Of a stretch of 64,000 nt of DNA, positions 27,676-36,939 are shown in pieces. The notes beneath the pieces were generated by a model. The model had not been told where the DNA came from, did no database searches, and saw only the letters and a program-made list of their open reading frames with translations. Made by a program: the position numbers and the translations under genes. The stretch's first letter is position 1, and every line of letters starts with the position of its first letter. Source of the DNA: Candidatus Caribbeanibacter nitroreducens (GTDB lineage Bacteria; Gemmatimonadota; Gemmatimonadetes; Palauibacterales; Palauibacteraceae); assembly GCA_947581645.1 (NCBI GenBank), contig CANPVF010000159.1, positions 2,904-66,903 of the forward strand, written 5' to 3'.

Positions 27676-28317
27676 CTACGGCCCCACCAGGCCGAGCCAG
27701 TAGATCCCGACGAACACCGAGAGCGCGGAGCAGCCCGCCAGCAGACCCGCGTAGGCGTTCCGCCCCGAGAGGGAGAGTCGCCGCCCGGCGTGACCCATCA
27801 GGGCGGCGTAGATCGACATCGCCGCCACGGTGCCGGCGGCGAAGAAGAGCAGATAGGCGATCGAGCCGAGACGGGTGGGAAGCGCCAGGGCCGGAAGCAC
27901 GCCCAGGACGTGGCCGGCCCCGGCCGTGCCGTGCAGCAGGCCGACGGCGAACGCCGCCCGTCCTTCCCGCCCGTGCAGCGCCTCCTGGTGACGCTCCGCG
28001 TCGTCGGGGCTCCGGAGGACGCGGATCACCGCGGTCAGCGCCCACAGCCCCACCGCCACGAGGCTGATGCCGACGGCTCGCTCGCTCCACGCCGTCACCT
28101 GCTCCATGGGGAGCGCCTCGCGCAGCAGCGCCGCGGCCAGCCCGATCACCATCACGCCGCCGGCGTGGCCGACGCCCCACCGGAATCCGGTGCGCCACGC
28201 TCCCGACTGGCGACTGGCGGCCAGGGGCGAGACCACCGCCAGGTGGTCGGCGCCGGCCAGCACGTGGCCGGCCCCCGCCACCAGCCCGATCAGCGCCCCC
28301 TCCAGCACGACGGTCAT
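27676..28317 (-). CDS. hupE: HupE/UreJ family nickel transporter
   Basis: 213 aa with 6 TM helices and the HupE signature H-x5-DH (GAGHVLAGADHLAV). Internal repeat with second His cluster (HGTAGAGH). Last gene of the hydrogenase operon, with a 4-bp overlap with the upstream gene. Confidence 0.7.
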   Translation of the reverse strand: MTVVLEGALIGLVAGAGHVLAGADHLAVVSPLAASRQSGAWRTGFRWGVGHAGGVMVIGLAAALLREALPMEQVTAWSERAVGISLVAVGLWALTAVIRVLRSPDDAERHQEALHGREGRAAFAVGLLHGTAGAGHVLGVLPALALPTRLGSIAYLLFFAAGTVAAMSIYAALMGHAGRRLSLSGRNAYAGLLAGCSALSVFVGIYWLGLVGP

Positions 28318-29162
28318 CGGGACACGTCCCCGCCGTCGAACTCGGGGCTCCGCTTCTCGAAGAACGCCGCCAGGCCCTCGGCGAAGTCCTCGCCGTCGGC
28401 GACCCGGGACAGGTTCTCCAGCTCGTCGTCCATGTGGTAATCCAGCTGGTCGATACCCGCCGCCTGGTGCACCAGCCGCTTCGCCACGGCGTAGGCCTCC
28501 GTGGGCCCGGAGGCCAGCTCCCGGGCCACGCTCCGCAGCTCGTCGTCGAACGCCTGCGCCGGCCACACGCGATTCACCAGCCCCATCTCGGCGGCCTCCG
28601 CGGCGTCGAGCCGGGGGTTCAGGAACACCAGCTCCAGCGCCTTCCGGAGGCCCAGGAGCCGGGGGAGGAAGAACGTGGAGCTCTCGGCCCCGGTGAGGCC
28701 CGTCTTGTGGTACGCCCACTCGAAGCGGGCGTCCTCCGAGGCGAAGACCAGGTCGCACGCCATGGCGATGCCGAAACCGCCGGCGGCCGCCATGCCGTCC
28801 ACACCGGCCAGGAAGGGCTTCGGCGCCCGCTTGATCTCCGAGATGGCGCTGTGGATGTACTCCAGGATCTCCTTGAAGGCGCGGCCGTGGCCGCCCTCCT
28901 CGGCGCCGACGCCCTCGGGCTGCAGATAGCCGAAGTCCTCGTCGTCGCCGTGGTCGCGGACGTACTTCAGGTCGGCGCCGCTGCAGAACACGCCGCCGCT
29001 CCCGCGGAGGATCACGCACCGGACCTCCTCCTCGCGGGAGAACTGGAGCCCGGCCTTCCGGAAGTCCTTCGCCGTGGCCACGTCCAGGGAGTTGAAGCGG
29101 TCCGGCCGGTCGATGGTGATGATCCCCACGGCACCGTCCCGCTCCATCCGGATGTTCTCCAT
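28314..29162 (-). CDS. enoyl-CoA hydratase/crotonase-fold protein, candidate C-terminal half of a split HypX
   Basis: Crotonase oxyanion motif VFCSGADLKY; 282 aa. Start at MENIRMERDG. The upstream in-frame extension is Gly/Arg junk. Lies between hypE and hupE directly after a formyltransferase gene. Confidence 0.7.
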   Translation of the reverse strand: MENIRMERDGAVGIITIDRPDRFNSLDVATAKDFRKAGLQFSREEEVRCVILRGSGGVFCSGADLKYVRDHGDDEDFGYLQPEGVGAEEGGHGRAFKEILEYIHSAISEIKRAPKPFLAGVDGMAAAGGFGIAMACDLVFASEDARFEWAYHKTGLTGAESSTFFLPRLLGLRKALELVFLNPRLDAAEAAEMGLVNRVWPAQAFDDELRSVARELASGPTEAYAVAKRLVHQAAGIDQLDYHMDDELENLSRVADGEDFAEGLAAFFEKRSPEFDGGDVSR

Positions 29163-29179
29163 GCCCTCCGCCCGCGCCG

Positions 29180-30040
29180 TCACGGTCGTCCCCCGCCCAC
29201 CACCGCCCGGAGGACGGCCGCCGACCCGGCGGGGCGCGCACCGGCGCGCCGCTCGTCCAGCTCCACCGGGGCCGGCGCACCGTCCACCGCGGCCCGACCG
29301 TCGCCCGTGACCCGGATCCGCCCCGCGGCCTCGAGCTCCAGGGTCCGGTCCAGGAGGGCTCCCCAGCTCGCCCTCATCATCCACTCCCGCTGGGCGTAGG
29401 CGTACGCCTTCAGCAGGTCCTCGGCCTCCCACTCACGCGCATCCGTCACCATCGGGTGGACCGGGAACGACCGGGAGAGCAGGAGCGGCGGCCCGACGTC
29501 CACCCGCTCCGTGGCCAGGTGCACGGTGCTTCGCGTCTCGGGCTCCCCGGCGAAGACCGCATCCCGTGTGGAGCGGAGCCCCCGGTAGAGCGGCACGCCG
29601 TCCCCGTCCCTGAGGGTCAGGTCGGCATCGTGGACGTTGAACACGCGGTCCGGGAACGCCGCCAGGAGCTCCCCGGTGGCGATCCACAGGTAGCCGCACA
29701 TGAGCACGGCCTCGGCGCCGGAAGCGTGGAGCCGGTCGACCAGGCGCCGGTCGAAGGCCTCCCGTGCTCCCCGGTCGCCGACGTCCGCCCCGCGCCGGCG
29801 GCAGAAAGCCTCGGGGCAGCGGACCTCCGTGGCGACGCCCGCCGACTCCGCCGCCGGGAGGGCGGAGCTCTCCGGGTCGCTGGCCACCACGGCCACGATC
29901 CGGTAGGGCGCGCCGCGTCCGGCGCTCCGCTCCAGCAACCGCTCGAGCCCCGGCGCACGGGCCGAGGTGAGCACCGCGACGCGCAGCGGGTCCCCCGCCG
30001 TGCGCCGTCCGTTCGTCGTACCGCCGGACACGTTCTCCAC
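29180..30040 (-). CDS. formyltransferase-fold protein (PurN/Fmt-like), candidate N-terminal half of a split HypX
   Basis: Aligns to PurN (VAVLTS...LERLL; CGYLWIATGELLAAFPDRVFNVHDADL with the conserved N-x-H; HLATERVDVGPPLL). GTG start (VENVSGG) 2 nt after the hypE stop. Confidence 0.65.
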   Translation of the reverse strand: MENVSGGTTNGRRTAGDPLRVAVLTSARAPGLERLLERSAGRGAPYRIVAVVASDPESSALPAAESAGVATEVRCPEAFCRRRGADVGDRGAREAFDRRLVDRLHASGAEAVLMCGYLWIATGELLAAFPDRVFNVHDADLTLRDGDGVPLYRGLRSTRDAVFAGEPETRSTVHLATERVDVGPPLLLSRSFPVHPMVTDAREWEAEDLLKAYAYAQREWMMRASWGALLDRTLELEAAGRIRVTGDGRAAVDGAPAPVELDERRAGARPAGSAAVLRAVVGGGRP

Positions 30041-30042
30041 CC

Positions 30043-31113
30043 CTAGCAGATCCGGGGGAGCGGTTCGCCCTGGGGCTCCGTCACCAGTCGCCGGCCGATG
30101 CCGGTGTCCAGCACCACCCGGCCCGGGTGCTCCGCGGCGACCTCGCCGACGATGGCGGCCCGTCCGCCGGCCGGATGCTCCCGGATGGCTTCCAGCACCG
30201 CCTCCGCCGACTCCGGCCGCACCCCCACGACCGCCTTCCCCTCGTTGGCGATGTGGAAGGGATCGAGCCCCAGCATCTCGGCCGCGGACCGCACCACGTC
30301 GGAGACGGGCACCGCCCTCTCCTCGATCACCACCGAGACGCCGGCCTTCTCGGCCATCTCGTGCAGGGCGCTGGCCACGCCGCCGCGGGTGGGGTCCTTG
30401 AGCGCGGTGATTCCGCCCCCGGCGGCCGCGAGCGCCCGGGCCACCAGGCCGTTGATCGGGGCCACGTCGGAGACCAGGTCGCCCCGGAGGTCCAGCTCGT
30501 GCCGGAGGGCCATGAGCGCGATCCCGTGGTCGCCGATGTCCCCGGTGAGGATGATCCGGTCGCCGGGCCGGAGCCCCGCGTCCCGGACCAGGGGCTCGGC
30601 GAACCCGACGCCGGTGGTGTTGATCACGACGCCGTCGATCTCGCCGCGGCCCATGACCTTGGTGTCTCCGGTGACGATCCTCGTCCCCGCCTCCCGACAC
30701 GTCTCCCGCATGGAGGCCTGGATCCGCTCCAGCTCCTCCCGGGCCAGCCCCTCCTCCGCGATGACCGAGGAGGTGAGCCCCAGCGGCTCGGCGGCCCCCA
30801 TCATGGCCAGGTCGTTCACCGTCCCGGCCACGGCCAGCCGGCCGATGTCGCCGCCCGGGAACCGGACGGGGTGGATCACGTGGGAGTCGGTGGTGAGGAC
30901 CAGCCAGCGGCCGTCGGGCAGACGGAAGGCGGCCCCGTCGTCCATGGCGGCGAGCCCCACCTCCCCGTCGCGCTCGTCCAGGAAGCCCGCCGCCAGCGTC
31001 TCCTCCACCAGCTGCCGCATGGCGCCGCCGCCGGCGCCGTGCTTCAGCGTGATCCGCTCGACGGCCGTGGCCGCCCCTCCGGCTCCTCCGTTTCTTCGGG
31101 CGGGTCCGCTCAT
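30043..31113 (-). CDS. hypE: hydrogenase expression/formation protein HypE
   Basis: AIR-synthase-like fold; conserved C-terminal ...PRIC. Start at MSGPARRNGG with a 4-bp overlap with hypD. Confidence 0.9.
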   Translation of the reverse strand: MSGPARRNGGAGGAATAVERITLKHGAGGGAMRQLVEETLAAGFLDERDGEVGLAAMDDGAAFRLPDGRWLVLTTDSHVIHPVRFPGGDIGRLAVAGTVNDLAMMGAAEPLGLTSSVIAEEGLAREELERIQASMRETCREAGTRIVTGDTKVMGRGEIDGVVINTTGVGFAEPLVRDAGLRPGDRIILTGDIGDHGIALMALRHELDLRGDLVSDVAPINGLVARALAAAGGGITALKDPTRGGVASALHEMAEKAGVSVVIEERAVPVSDVVRSAAEMLGLDPFHIANEGKAVVGVRPESAEAVLEAIREHPAGGRAAIVGEVAAEHPGRVVLDTGIGRRLVTEPQGEPLPRIC

Positions 31114-32294
31114 AGGTCCGGGTGTCCTCCGTACTGGTGCCAGATCTTGCAGGTGCCCTCGCTGCTCACCATGCAGGCGCCCACCGGGTTCTCCGGCGTG
31201 CACTCCTCGCCGAACAGCGAGCAGTCGTGCGGCGAGGAGCGGCCGGCCATGATGTCGCCGCAGATGCAGGCCTGCGTGAGCGGCGTCGGCGAGCCCCGCC
31301 GGAGCGACCCGACGTCGATGTCGAAGCGCCGGCGGGCGTCGACGCCGGCGTACTCGTCCCTGAGGCGCAGGTTGCCGTTGGGGACGTGGGCGATGCCCCG
31401 CCACTTGCCGCCGGTGGGCCGGAACACCTTCCACAGCTGCTCCTGGGCGTTCCGGTTGCCCTGCTCGGTGACGCACCGGGGGTACATGTTCACCACCCGC
31501 GGATCGTCGTCCCGGACGAGCTCCACCAGCTGGACCAGTCCCGCCAGCACGTCCAGCGGCTCGAAGCCGGCCACCACCACCGGGATGCCGTGCCGGTCCA
31601 CGAAGCGCTCGAAGAGCGCGGAGCCGGTGATCGTGGCGGCGTGCCCCGCTGCCAGGTATCCCTCGACCCGGGTGTGGGGCATCTCGGCCACGATCTCCAT
31701 GACCGGCGGGATGTACTTGTGGGCCGAGAGCACGGAGAAGTTGTCCGGCGGTTCGGCCAGCACCACCGCGGCCGTGGCCACGGCCGTCGTCTCGAAGCCG
31801 CTGGCGAAGAAGACCACCTCGTCGTCCGTGTCCCGCGCCAGCTCCACCGCCTGCGAGGCGCTGTAGACCACGTCCACCCGGGCCCCGTCGGCCTGGGCAT
31901 CGGCCAGCGACTGGACGGTGCCGGGCACATGGAGCATGTCGCCGTAGGTGGCGACCCGGACGCCCTGCCGGGCCAGGGCCACGGCCTCGTCGACCTCGGG
32001 CATGTCGGTGACGCAGACCGGGCAGCCCGGCCCCATGATCACGTCGAGCCCCTGCGGGAGGATGGTACGGATCCCGTACTTGGCGATGGACTGCTCGTGG
32101 CTCCCGCAGACGTGCATCACCGAGACCCGGTCGCGGTCCACCTCGCCCACGACTCGCTCCAGGGCTTCGGCCAGCGCCCGTGCCTTCTCGGGATCCCTGA
32201 ACTCGAGCTCGCGCGCCGACCGGCCCGCGGCGCCGCCGTCGGGTCCCTCCGTCGGTGGCGCGGCGGTCGGCTGTCCTCCGGGCGCGTCGCTCAT
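31110..32294 (-). CDS. hypD: hydrogenase formation protein HypD
   Basis: CGSHE (CGxH), GPGCPVC and C-terminal CxxC...C motifs. Confidence 0.9.
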   Translation of the reverse strand: MSDAPGGQPTAAPPTEGPDGGAAGRSARELEFRDPEKARALAEALERVVGEVDRDRVSVMHVCGSHEQSIAKYGIRTILPQGLDVIMGPGCPVCVTDMPEVDEAVALARQGVRVATYGDMLHVPGTVQSLADAQADGARVDVVYSASQAVELARDTDDEVVFFASGFETTAVATAAVVLAEPPDNFSVLSAHKYIPPVMEIVAEMPHTRVEGYLAAGHAATITGSALFERFVDRHGIPVVVAGFEPLDVLAGLVQLVELVRDDDPRVVNMYPRCVTEQGNRNAQEQLWKVFRPTGGKWRGIAHVPNGNLRLRDEYAGVDARRRFDIDVGSLRRGSPTPLTQACICGDIMAGRSSPHDCSLFGEECTPENPVGACMVSSEGTCKIWHQYGGHPDL

Positions 32295-32617
32295 CGGTTC
32301 CCCTCCGGACCGCGGGGCACGCCCGGCGTCGGGTCGGACGACGGCATGCTCGCCTGTTCGATCTCGTCGCGGACGTCCTCGGCCATCATGTCTCCTCCGG
32401 CCTCCTCCAGGAGCTCGCTGTAGAGGGCCAGCGTCTCTCCGATCTCGGCCTCCGGGATCTTGCGGATCGCGAAGCCCACGTGATTCAGGATGTAGTCCCC
32501 CGGCGACACCGGCTCGTCCACGACATCGAGCCGCGTCTCGCGCCGCACGCCCCAGAAGTCCACGACGGCGACGTCGCCCTTCACCTCGACCACCTTGCCC
32601 GGCACGCCCAGACACAT
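32291..32617 (-). CDS. hypC: hydrogenase assembly chaperone HypC/HupF family (with ~25-aa C-terminal extension)
   Basis: MCLGVPGKVVEV N-terminus (essential Cys2). ATGA overlap with hypD. Confidence 0.8.
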   Translation of the reverse strand: MCLGVPGKVVEVKGDVAVVDFWGVRRETRLDVVDEPVSPGDYILNHVGFAIRKIPEAEIGETLALYSELLEEAGGDMMAEDVRDEIEQASMPSSDPTPGVPRGPEGNR

Positions 32618-32631
32618 GTTCTCGCTCCTCT

Positions 32632-33324
32632 CTAGCTGGTGCCCAGCGACCCGCGGGCGTAGTTCCCGCTCCCGACTTCGGAACGGAGGAAGTCGCACCA
32701 CTCCTCCATGCCCTCGCCGTTCCGGGCGGACGTGAAGAAGAAGCGGAGGTCGGGATTGACCTCCCGCGCGTAGCTCACCGCCCGCTCGACGTCGAAGTCC
32801 AGGTGCGGGAGCAGGTCCATCTTCGTGATCACGGCGTACCGGGCGAGCCGGAACATCTTCGGGTACTTCACCGGCTTGTCCTCGCCCTCGGTCACCGAGA
32901 ACAGGACCACCTTCTCCTGCTCGCCCAGGTCCCAGCTCGCCGGGCAGACCAGGTTGCCCACGTTCTCGATGAACAGGAGCCGGGTCTCGTCGAGGTCCAG
33001 CGCGTCCAGCGCCTCGGAGACCTGACGTGCGTCCAGGTGGCACGCTCCGTCGGTGACCACCGCCTGGACGAGCCTCGGCGTGAGCCGCGCGATGCGGTTG
33101 GCGTCGTTCTCCGTCTGGACGTCGCCGGTGACGACGGCGATGGGGAACTCGGCGTCCAGCCGCTCCAGCGTGGCCTCCAGCAGGGCCGTTTTCCCGGATC
33201 CGGGCGAGGAGACGAGGTTGTAGGTCGTCACCCCCGCATCGGTGAGCCGGCGCCGGACGTCGGCCGCGAGCTCGTCGTTCTTCTTCATCACTTTCTCGCG
33301 CACCTGAATGCGGCGAACCGTCAT
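32632..33324 (-). CDS. hypB: hydrogenase nickel incorporation GTPase HypB
   Basis: G1 motif SSPGSGKT, CH metal site (GACHLDAR), G3/G4 motifs. No N-terminal CxxCGC/His-rich Ni-storage motif. True start may be the internal MKKNDELAAD. Confidence 0.9.
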   Translation of the reverse strand: MTVRRIQVREKVMKKNDELAADVRRRLTDAGVTTYNLVSSPGSGKTALLEATLERLDAEFPIAVVTGDVQTENDANRIARLTPRLVQAVVTDGACHLDARQVSEALDALDLDETRLLFIENVGNLVCPASWDLGEQEKVVLFSVTEGEDKPVKYPKMFRLARYAVITKMDLLPHLDFDVERAVSYAREVNPDLRFFFTSARNGEGMEEWCDFLRSEVGSGNYARGSLGTS

Positions 33325-33734
33325 CGGACACCCTTCCCCTGGTTCGAGTCTGCTCTGCTACCGTCTCCGGCACCGCGCGGCGGTCCGGCCTCGGAGGGCA
33401 GGGGCGCGTCGCCCAGCGGGCTCGGCCCGTTCCCGCCCCCGTCCGCCACCGCGGCCGTGCCGTCCCGGTCTCCGTCTCCGTCCTCGATCCCGTCCTCCAC
33501 GTCGATCCACGCCAGCCGCAGCACGTCCCCCCGGCAGCGCTCCAGCACCGGCCGGGCGTCGTCGAAGGGAGGCTCCGTGAGCACCGCCTGGAGACAGAAC
33601 TCCAGGGCGTCGATCACCACGCCCGCGCGATCGCCCACCTCCACGCCCACGGCCGAGACGCGCGGCAGGAGCTCCCGGTCCACCTGCTCGGCGGCCAGGC
33701 GTCCCACCTCCATGGCGAGGCTCATCTCGTGCAC
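33321..33734 (-). CDS. hypA: HypA-like hydrogenase nickel metallochaperone with degenerate zinc site
   Basis: N-terminus MHEMSLAMEV (M-H-E Ni-binding motif). Only one Cys pair region (LERCRGD); no second CxxC. Asp/Gly-rich tail. 4-bp overlap with hypB. Confidence 0.6.
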   Translation of the reverse strand: MHEMSLAMEVGRLAAEQVDRELLPRVSAVGVEVGDRAGVVIDALEFCLQAVLTEPPFDDARPVLERCRGDVLRLAWIDVEDGIEDGDGDRDGTAAVADGGGNGPSPLGDAPLPSEAGPPRGAGDGSRADSNQGKGVR

Positions 33735-33771
33735 CGGCGCCCCCCCGTCCCGTGTCGCATGGCCGTCCCGA

Positions 33772-34362
33772 TCACGCGCGACCCGGCTCGCCCGCCACGG
33801 GCTCCTCCGCGGGCCGGTGTTCGGCCCCGACGCCCCAGCTCCGGAGCCGGTCCACGGCGCGGATGACCAGGTCGTCGAGGCCGGCCACGGCCTCGGGGCT
33901 GAGGGCCGTCTCGGTGGCCAGCTCGGCGGGCTGGAGGCCCACGGCCACCGTCTCCTCCGGGAGCGTCCCCCGGAGCGAGGCCAGGGCCAGGACCTCCCGG
34001 ATGCCCACCTGGTGCGTCGAGATCTTGCCGTCCAGGAAGAGCGGGAGGTCGTCCCGCTCCAGGACCACCGTCTCGCCGGGCTCGTCGCCCACGTCGATGG
34101 CGTCCAGCAGGAGCAGCCGGTCGGCGTCCTCCACGGCGGGCAGGAGCATCATGCCCCACGTGCCGCCGTCCAGCAGCTCCACGTCGGGAGAGAGGCTCCA
34201 CTCCTCCCGCAGCCGGGCCAGCGCCGCCAGCCCGATCCCGTCGTCCGCCAGCAGGGGGTTGCCCAGCCCGATCACCACGACCCGCGAGCCGGCGCCGGGC
34301 GGGGCGTCTCCGGGTCGGGGCCGGCGTCCTCCACCGGCCTCACCCGGGTGCTCACTCCTCAT
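33772..34362 (-). CDS. hupD: hydrogenase maturation protease (HyaD/HupD family)
   Basis: VVVIGLGNPLLADDGIGL with conserved Asp/His metal ligands. Confidence 0.85.
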   Translation of the reverse strand: MRSEHPGEAGGGRRPRPGDAPPGAGSRVVVIGLGNPLLADDGIGLAALARLREEWSLSPDVELLDGGTWGMMLLPAVEDADRLLLLDAIDVGDEPGETVVLERDDLPLFLDGKISTHQVGIREVLALASLRGTLPEETVAVGLQPAELATETALSPEAVAGLDDLVIRAVDRLRSWGVGAEHRPAEEPVAGEPGRA

Positions 34363-35128
34363 CGACGAACTCCTGGTCCCGGGGCAGGAACCGGCCGCCG
34401 CTCACCATGGAGGAGACGGTGCCCGTCGATTCCGTCAGCTCCGCCCGGATGGTCAGGTAGACGTGGATCGGAATGAAGATGAGGAAGACCCACGTCAGGA
34501 CGTGGTGCACCAGGCGCGTGTACTGGACGCCGCCCAGGAGCCCGTTCACCCAGGAGAAGGCCGCGTAGAAGAAGCCGTCGGGATTGGCCTGTCCGTACAT
34601 GGCGAAGCCGGTGAGCACCATCACCACGGTCACCGCGTACAGGCCGGTGTAGGAAATCTGCTGGATGGGGTTGTGCCCCATGTACTCCGGCTCCTCGTCC
34701 CCGACCATCATGTAGTGCTTCACGATCTTCCACATGTTGACCCAGTCCTCCCGTCGGAACGGGAAGAGGGCCCGCCAGCTCTCGAACTTGTTGCCGACGA
34801 AGAGCCAGTAGACCCGGACGATGCCGGTGGCCACCAGCAGGCCGGCCGCCGCGAAGTGGATGAAGCGCATCCACCCCATCAGGTAGTGGTTGGCCGGCTC
34901 GCCAGTGGTCATGAAGTACGGGGCGCCGATGTAGAAGCCGGTGACGACGAGGGCGACGATGGCCACGGCGGCCACCCAGTGCATGGCGCGAATGGGCCAG
35001 TGCCACAGGTAGACCCACTCGTAGTCGCCCTCGGGCGGCCTCGGGATGGCGGCCAGACCGGGCTGCTCCGTCCGCTCGGGCTCGTGCGTGCTCTGGCGTC
35101 CCCCGCGTTCCTCCCGCTCGGTGCTCAC
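34352..35128 (-). CDS. hupC: Ni/Fe-hydrogenase b-type cytochrome subunit (HyaC/HupC/CybH)
   Basis: 4 TM helices with conserved haem-ligand His (WHWPIRAMHW, RFIHFAAAG, HHVLTWVFL). Confidence 0.85.
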   Translation of the reverse strand: MSTEREERGGRQSTHEPERTEQPGLAAIPRPPEGDYEWVYLWHWPIRAMHWVAAVAIVALVVTGFYIGAPYFMTTGEPANHYLMGWMRFIHFAAAGLLVATGIVRVYWLFVGNKFESWRALFPFRREDWVNMWKIVKHYMMVGDEEPEYMGHNPIQQISYTGLYAVTVVMVLTGFAMYGQANPDGFFYAAFSWVNGLLGGVQYTRLVHHVLTWVFLIFIPIHVYLTIRAELTESTGTVSSMVSGGRFLPRDQEFVDEE

Positions 35129-36936
35129 GACGCACCTCCCGCCTCCACCTCATCGGCGGCGTCCGAGGGTCGACCGACCTCGTCGTCGGCCACGTCCGGA
35201 GGGCTCCCGAACCCCAGGCCGGTACCGTGGTCCAGCCGCACCTTCGTCACGACGTTTCCGCGGTCGTCCAGGACGTGGGCCCCGCAGGCCATGCAGGGGT
35301 CGAAGGAGTGGACCGTCCGGAGCAGCTCGATCGGCTCCTCGGGATCGACCAGCGGGTGGTTGTCCACCAGGGAAGCCTCGTAGGGCCCCATCTGCCCCTC
35401 GGCGTCCCGCGGCGAGCAGTTCCAGGTGCTGGGCACGACGCACTGGTACTTCGAGATCTCGCCGTTCTCGATGCGCACCCAGTGGCCCAGCGAGCCCCGG
35501 GCCGCGTCGCAGTAGCCGTATCCGCGTGCCGACTCCGGCCACGTCTCCGGCTCCCACTTCTCGCCGTTGAACGTTTCCGTGTCGCCGCCCCGGATGCGCT
35601 CCACGAGCCGGTCGTACCAGTCCTCCATCTTGCGGGCCAGCAGCACCGTCTCGGCGCCGCGCGCGGCCGTCCGTCCCAGGGTGGAGAAGAGGGCCTCGGG
35701 GCCCACCTCGAGCCGACCCAGGGCCTCGTCGACGATGGCCTGGATGTCCTCGTGGCCCGAGGCGTAGCCCACCAGCATCCTGGCCAGGGGTCCGACCTCC
35801 ATGGGGCGCCCGTCGTAGCGGGGCGCCTTCATCCAGGTGTACTTCTCCTCGTCCTGGAGGTACTCCCAGGGCGGCTCGGGGCCCGTGTAGTTCGGCGTCG
35901 TCTCGCCGTCGTAGGGGTGGAGCCCCGTTCCCGGTCCGTCCTCGTAGCTGTACCAGGAGCTGTCCACGTACTCCCTCACCAGCGAGGGGTCGTACTCGTG
36001 CACCGTGGACAGGTCGTTGTCGAGGATGATCCCCCGCGGGAAGTACAGGGAGTCGAGGTCGCGGACGTCGTTCTCGGGGAATTCGCCGCACGCCATGTAG
36101 TTGGGCACGCCGCCGCCGATGGACGCCCACTCCTTGTAGAACGACGCGATGGTCAGCAGGTCCGGCCAGTACACCTGCTCCACGAAGCGCCGGGCCCGGC
36201 CGATCATGTCGTGGATGTCCGTGAGGCTCTCGGCGTTGATCGTGGCCGTGTCGTCCAGGTTGATGGCCGAGGCCATGCCGCCCACGACGAAGTTCGGGTG
36301 CGGGTTCTTGCCGCCGAAGATCGCGTGGATGCGGATCACGTCCCGCTGCCAGTCCAGGGCCTCCAGGTAGTGGGCCACCGCCATCAGGTTGGCCTCCGGA
36401 GGCAGGCTGTAGGCCTCGTGCCCCCAGTAGGCGTTGGCGAAGATCCCCAGCTGGCCGGACTCGGCGAACGTCTCCAGCCGGTCCTTGATCTCCCGGAAGT
36501 AGTTCCGGGAGTGCTTCGGCCAGGGGGAGACCTCTCCGGCGAGATCCGCGGTGGCAACCGGATCCGCCTCCAGGGCGCTCATCACGTCCACCCAGTCCAG
36601 GGCGTGGAGGTGATAGAAGTGGATCACGTGATCCTGGATGGTCTGGATGCCGTGTACGATGTTCCGGATGATGTTGGCGTTCGGCGGAATCCGGATGTCC
36701 AGGGCGTCCTCCACGGCACGGAGCGACGCGATGGCGTGCACCACGGTGCACACCCCGCAGATCCGCTGGGTGAAGGCCCAGGCGTCGCGGGGGTCCCGCC
36801 CCTCCATGATGGTCTCGATGCCCCGGAACTGGGTGGACGAGGCCCAGGCGTCCTGAATCCGTCCGTTCTCCTGCCGGGCCTCGATCCGGAGATGTCCCTC
36901 GATCCGCGTGATCGGGTCGACGACGACTCTAGGCAT
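35125..36936 (-). CDS. hupL: [NiFe]-hydrogenase large subunit (group 1, membrane-bound uptake type)
   Basis: L1 motif RIEGH...RICGVC, C-terminal DPCMACGAH, followed by an unusually long 47-aa extension. Confidence 0.95.
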   Translation of the reverse strand: MPRVVVDPITRIEGHLRIEARQENGRIQDAWASSTQFRGIETIMEGRDPRDAWAFTQRICGVCTVVHAIASLRAVEDALDIRIPPNANIIRNIVHGIQTIQDHVIHFYHLHALDWVDVMSALEADPVATADLAGEVSPWPKHSRNYFREIKDRLETFAESGQLGIFANAYWGHEAYSLPPEANLMAVAHYLEALDWQRDVIRIHAIFGGKNPHPNFVVGGMASAINLDDTATINAESLTDIHDMIGRARRFVEQVYWPDLLTIASFYKEWASIGGGVPNYMACGEFPENDVRDLDSLYFPRGIILDNDLSTVHEYDPSLVREYVDSSWYSYEDGPGTGLHPYDGETTPNYTGPEPPWEYLQDEEKYTWMKAPRYDGRPMEVGPLARMLVGYASGHEDIQAIVDEALGRLEVGPEALFSTLGRTAARGAETVLLARKMEDWYDRLVERIRGGDTETFNGEKWEPETWPESARGYGYCDAARGSLGHWVRIENGEISKYQCVVPSTWNCSPRDAEGQMGPYEASLVDNHPLVDPEEPIELLRTVHSFDPCMACGAHVLDDRGNVVTKVRLDHGTGLGFGSPPDVADDEVGRPSDAADEVEAGGAS

Positions 36937-36939
36937 GGG

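Noticed and set aside
28314-29432. Possibility that the formyltransferase and crotonase ORFs are one frameshifted hypX gene
   Set aside because: The crotonase frame is open upstream to 29432, but that extension is pure Gly/Arg/Pro junk. The formyltransferase frame keeps protein-like sequence to its own stop at 29180. Two genuine ORFs are more likely, though resequencing would settle it.
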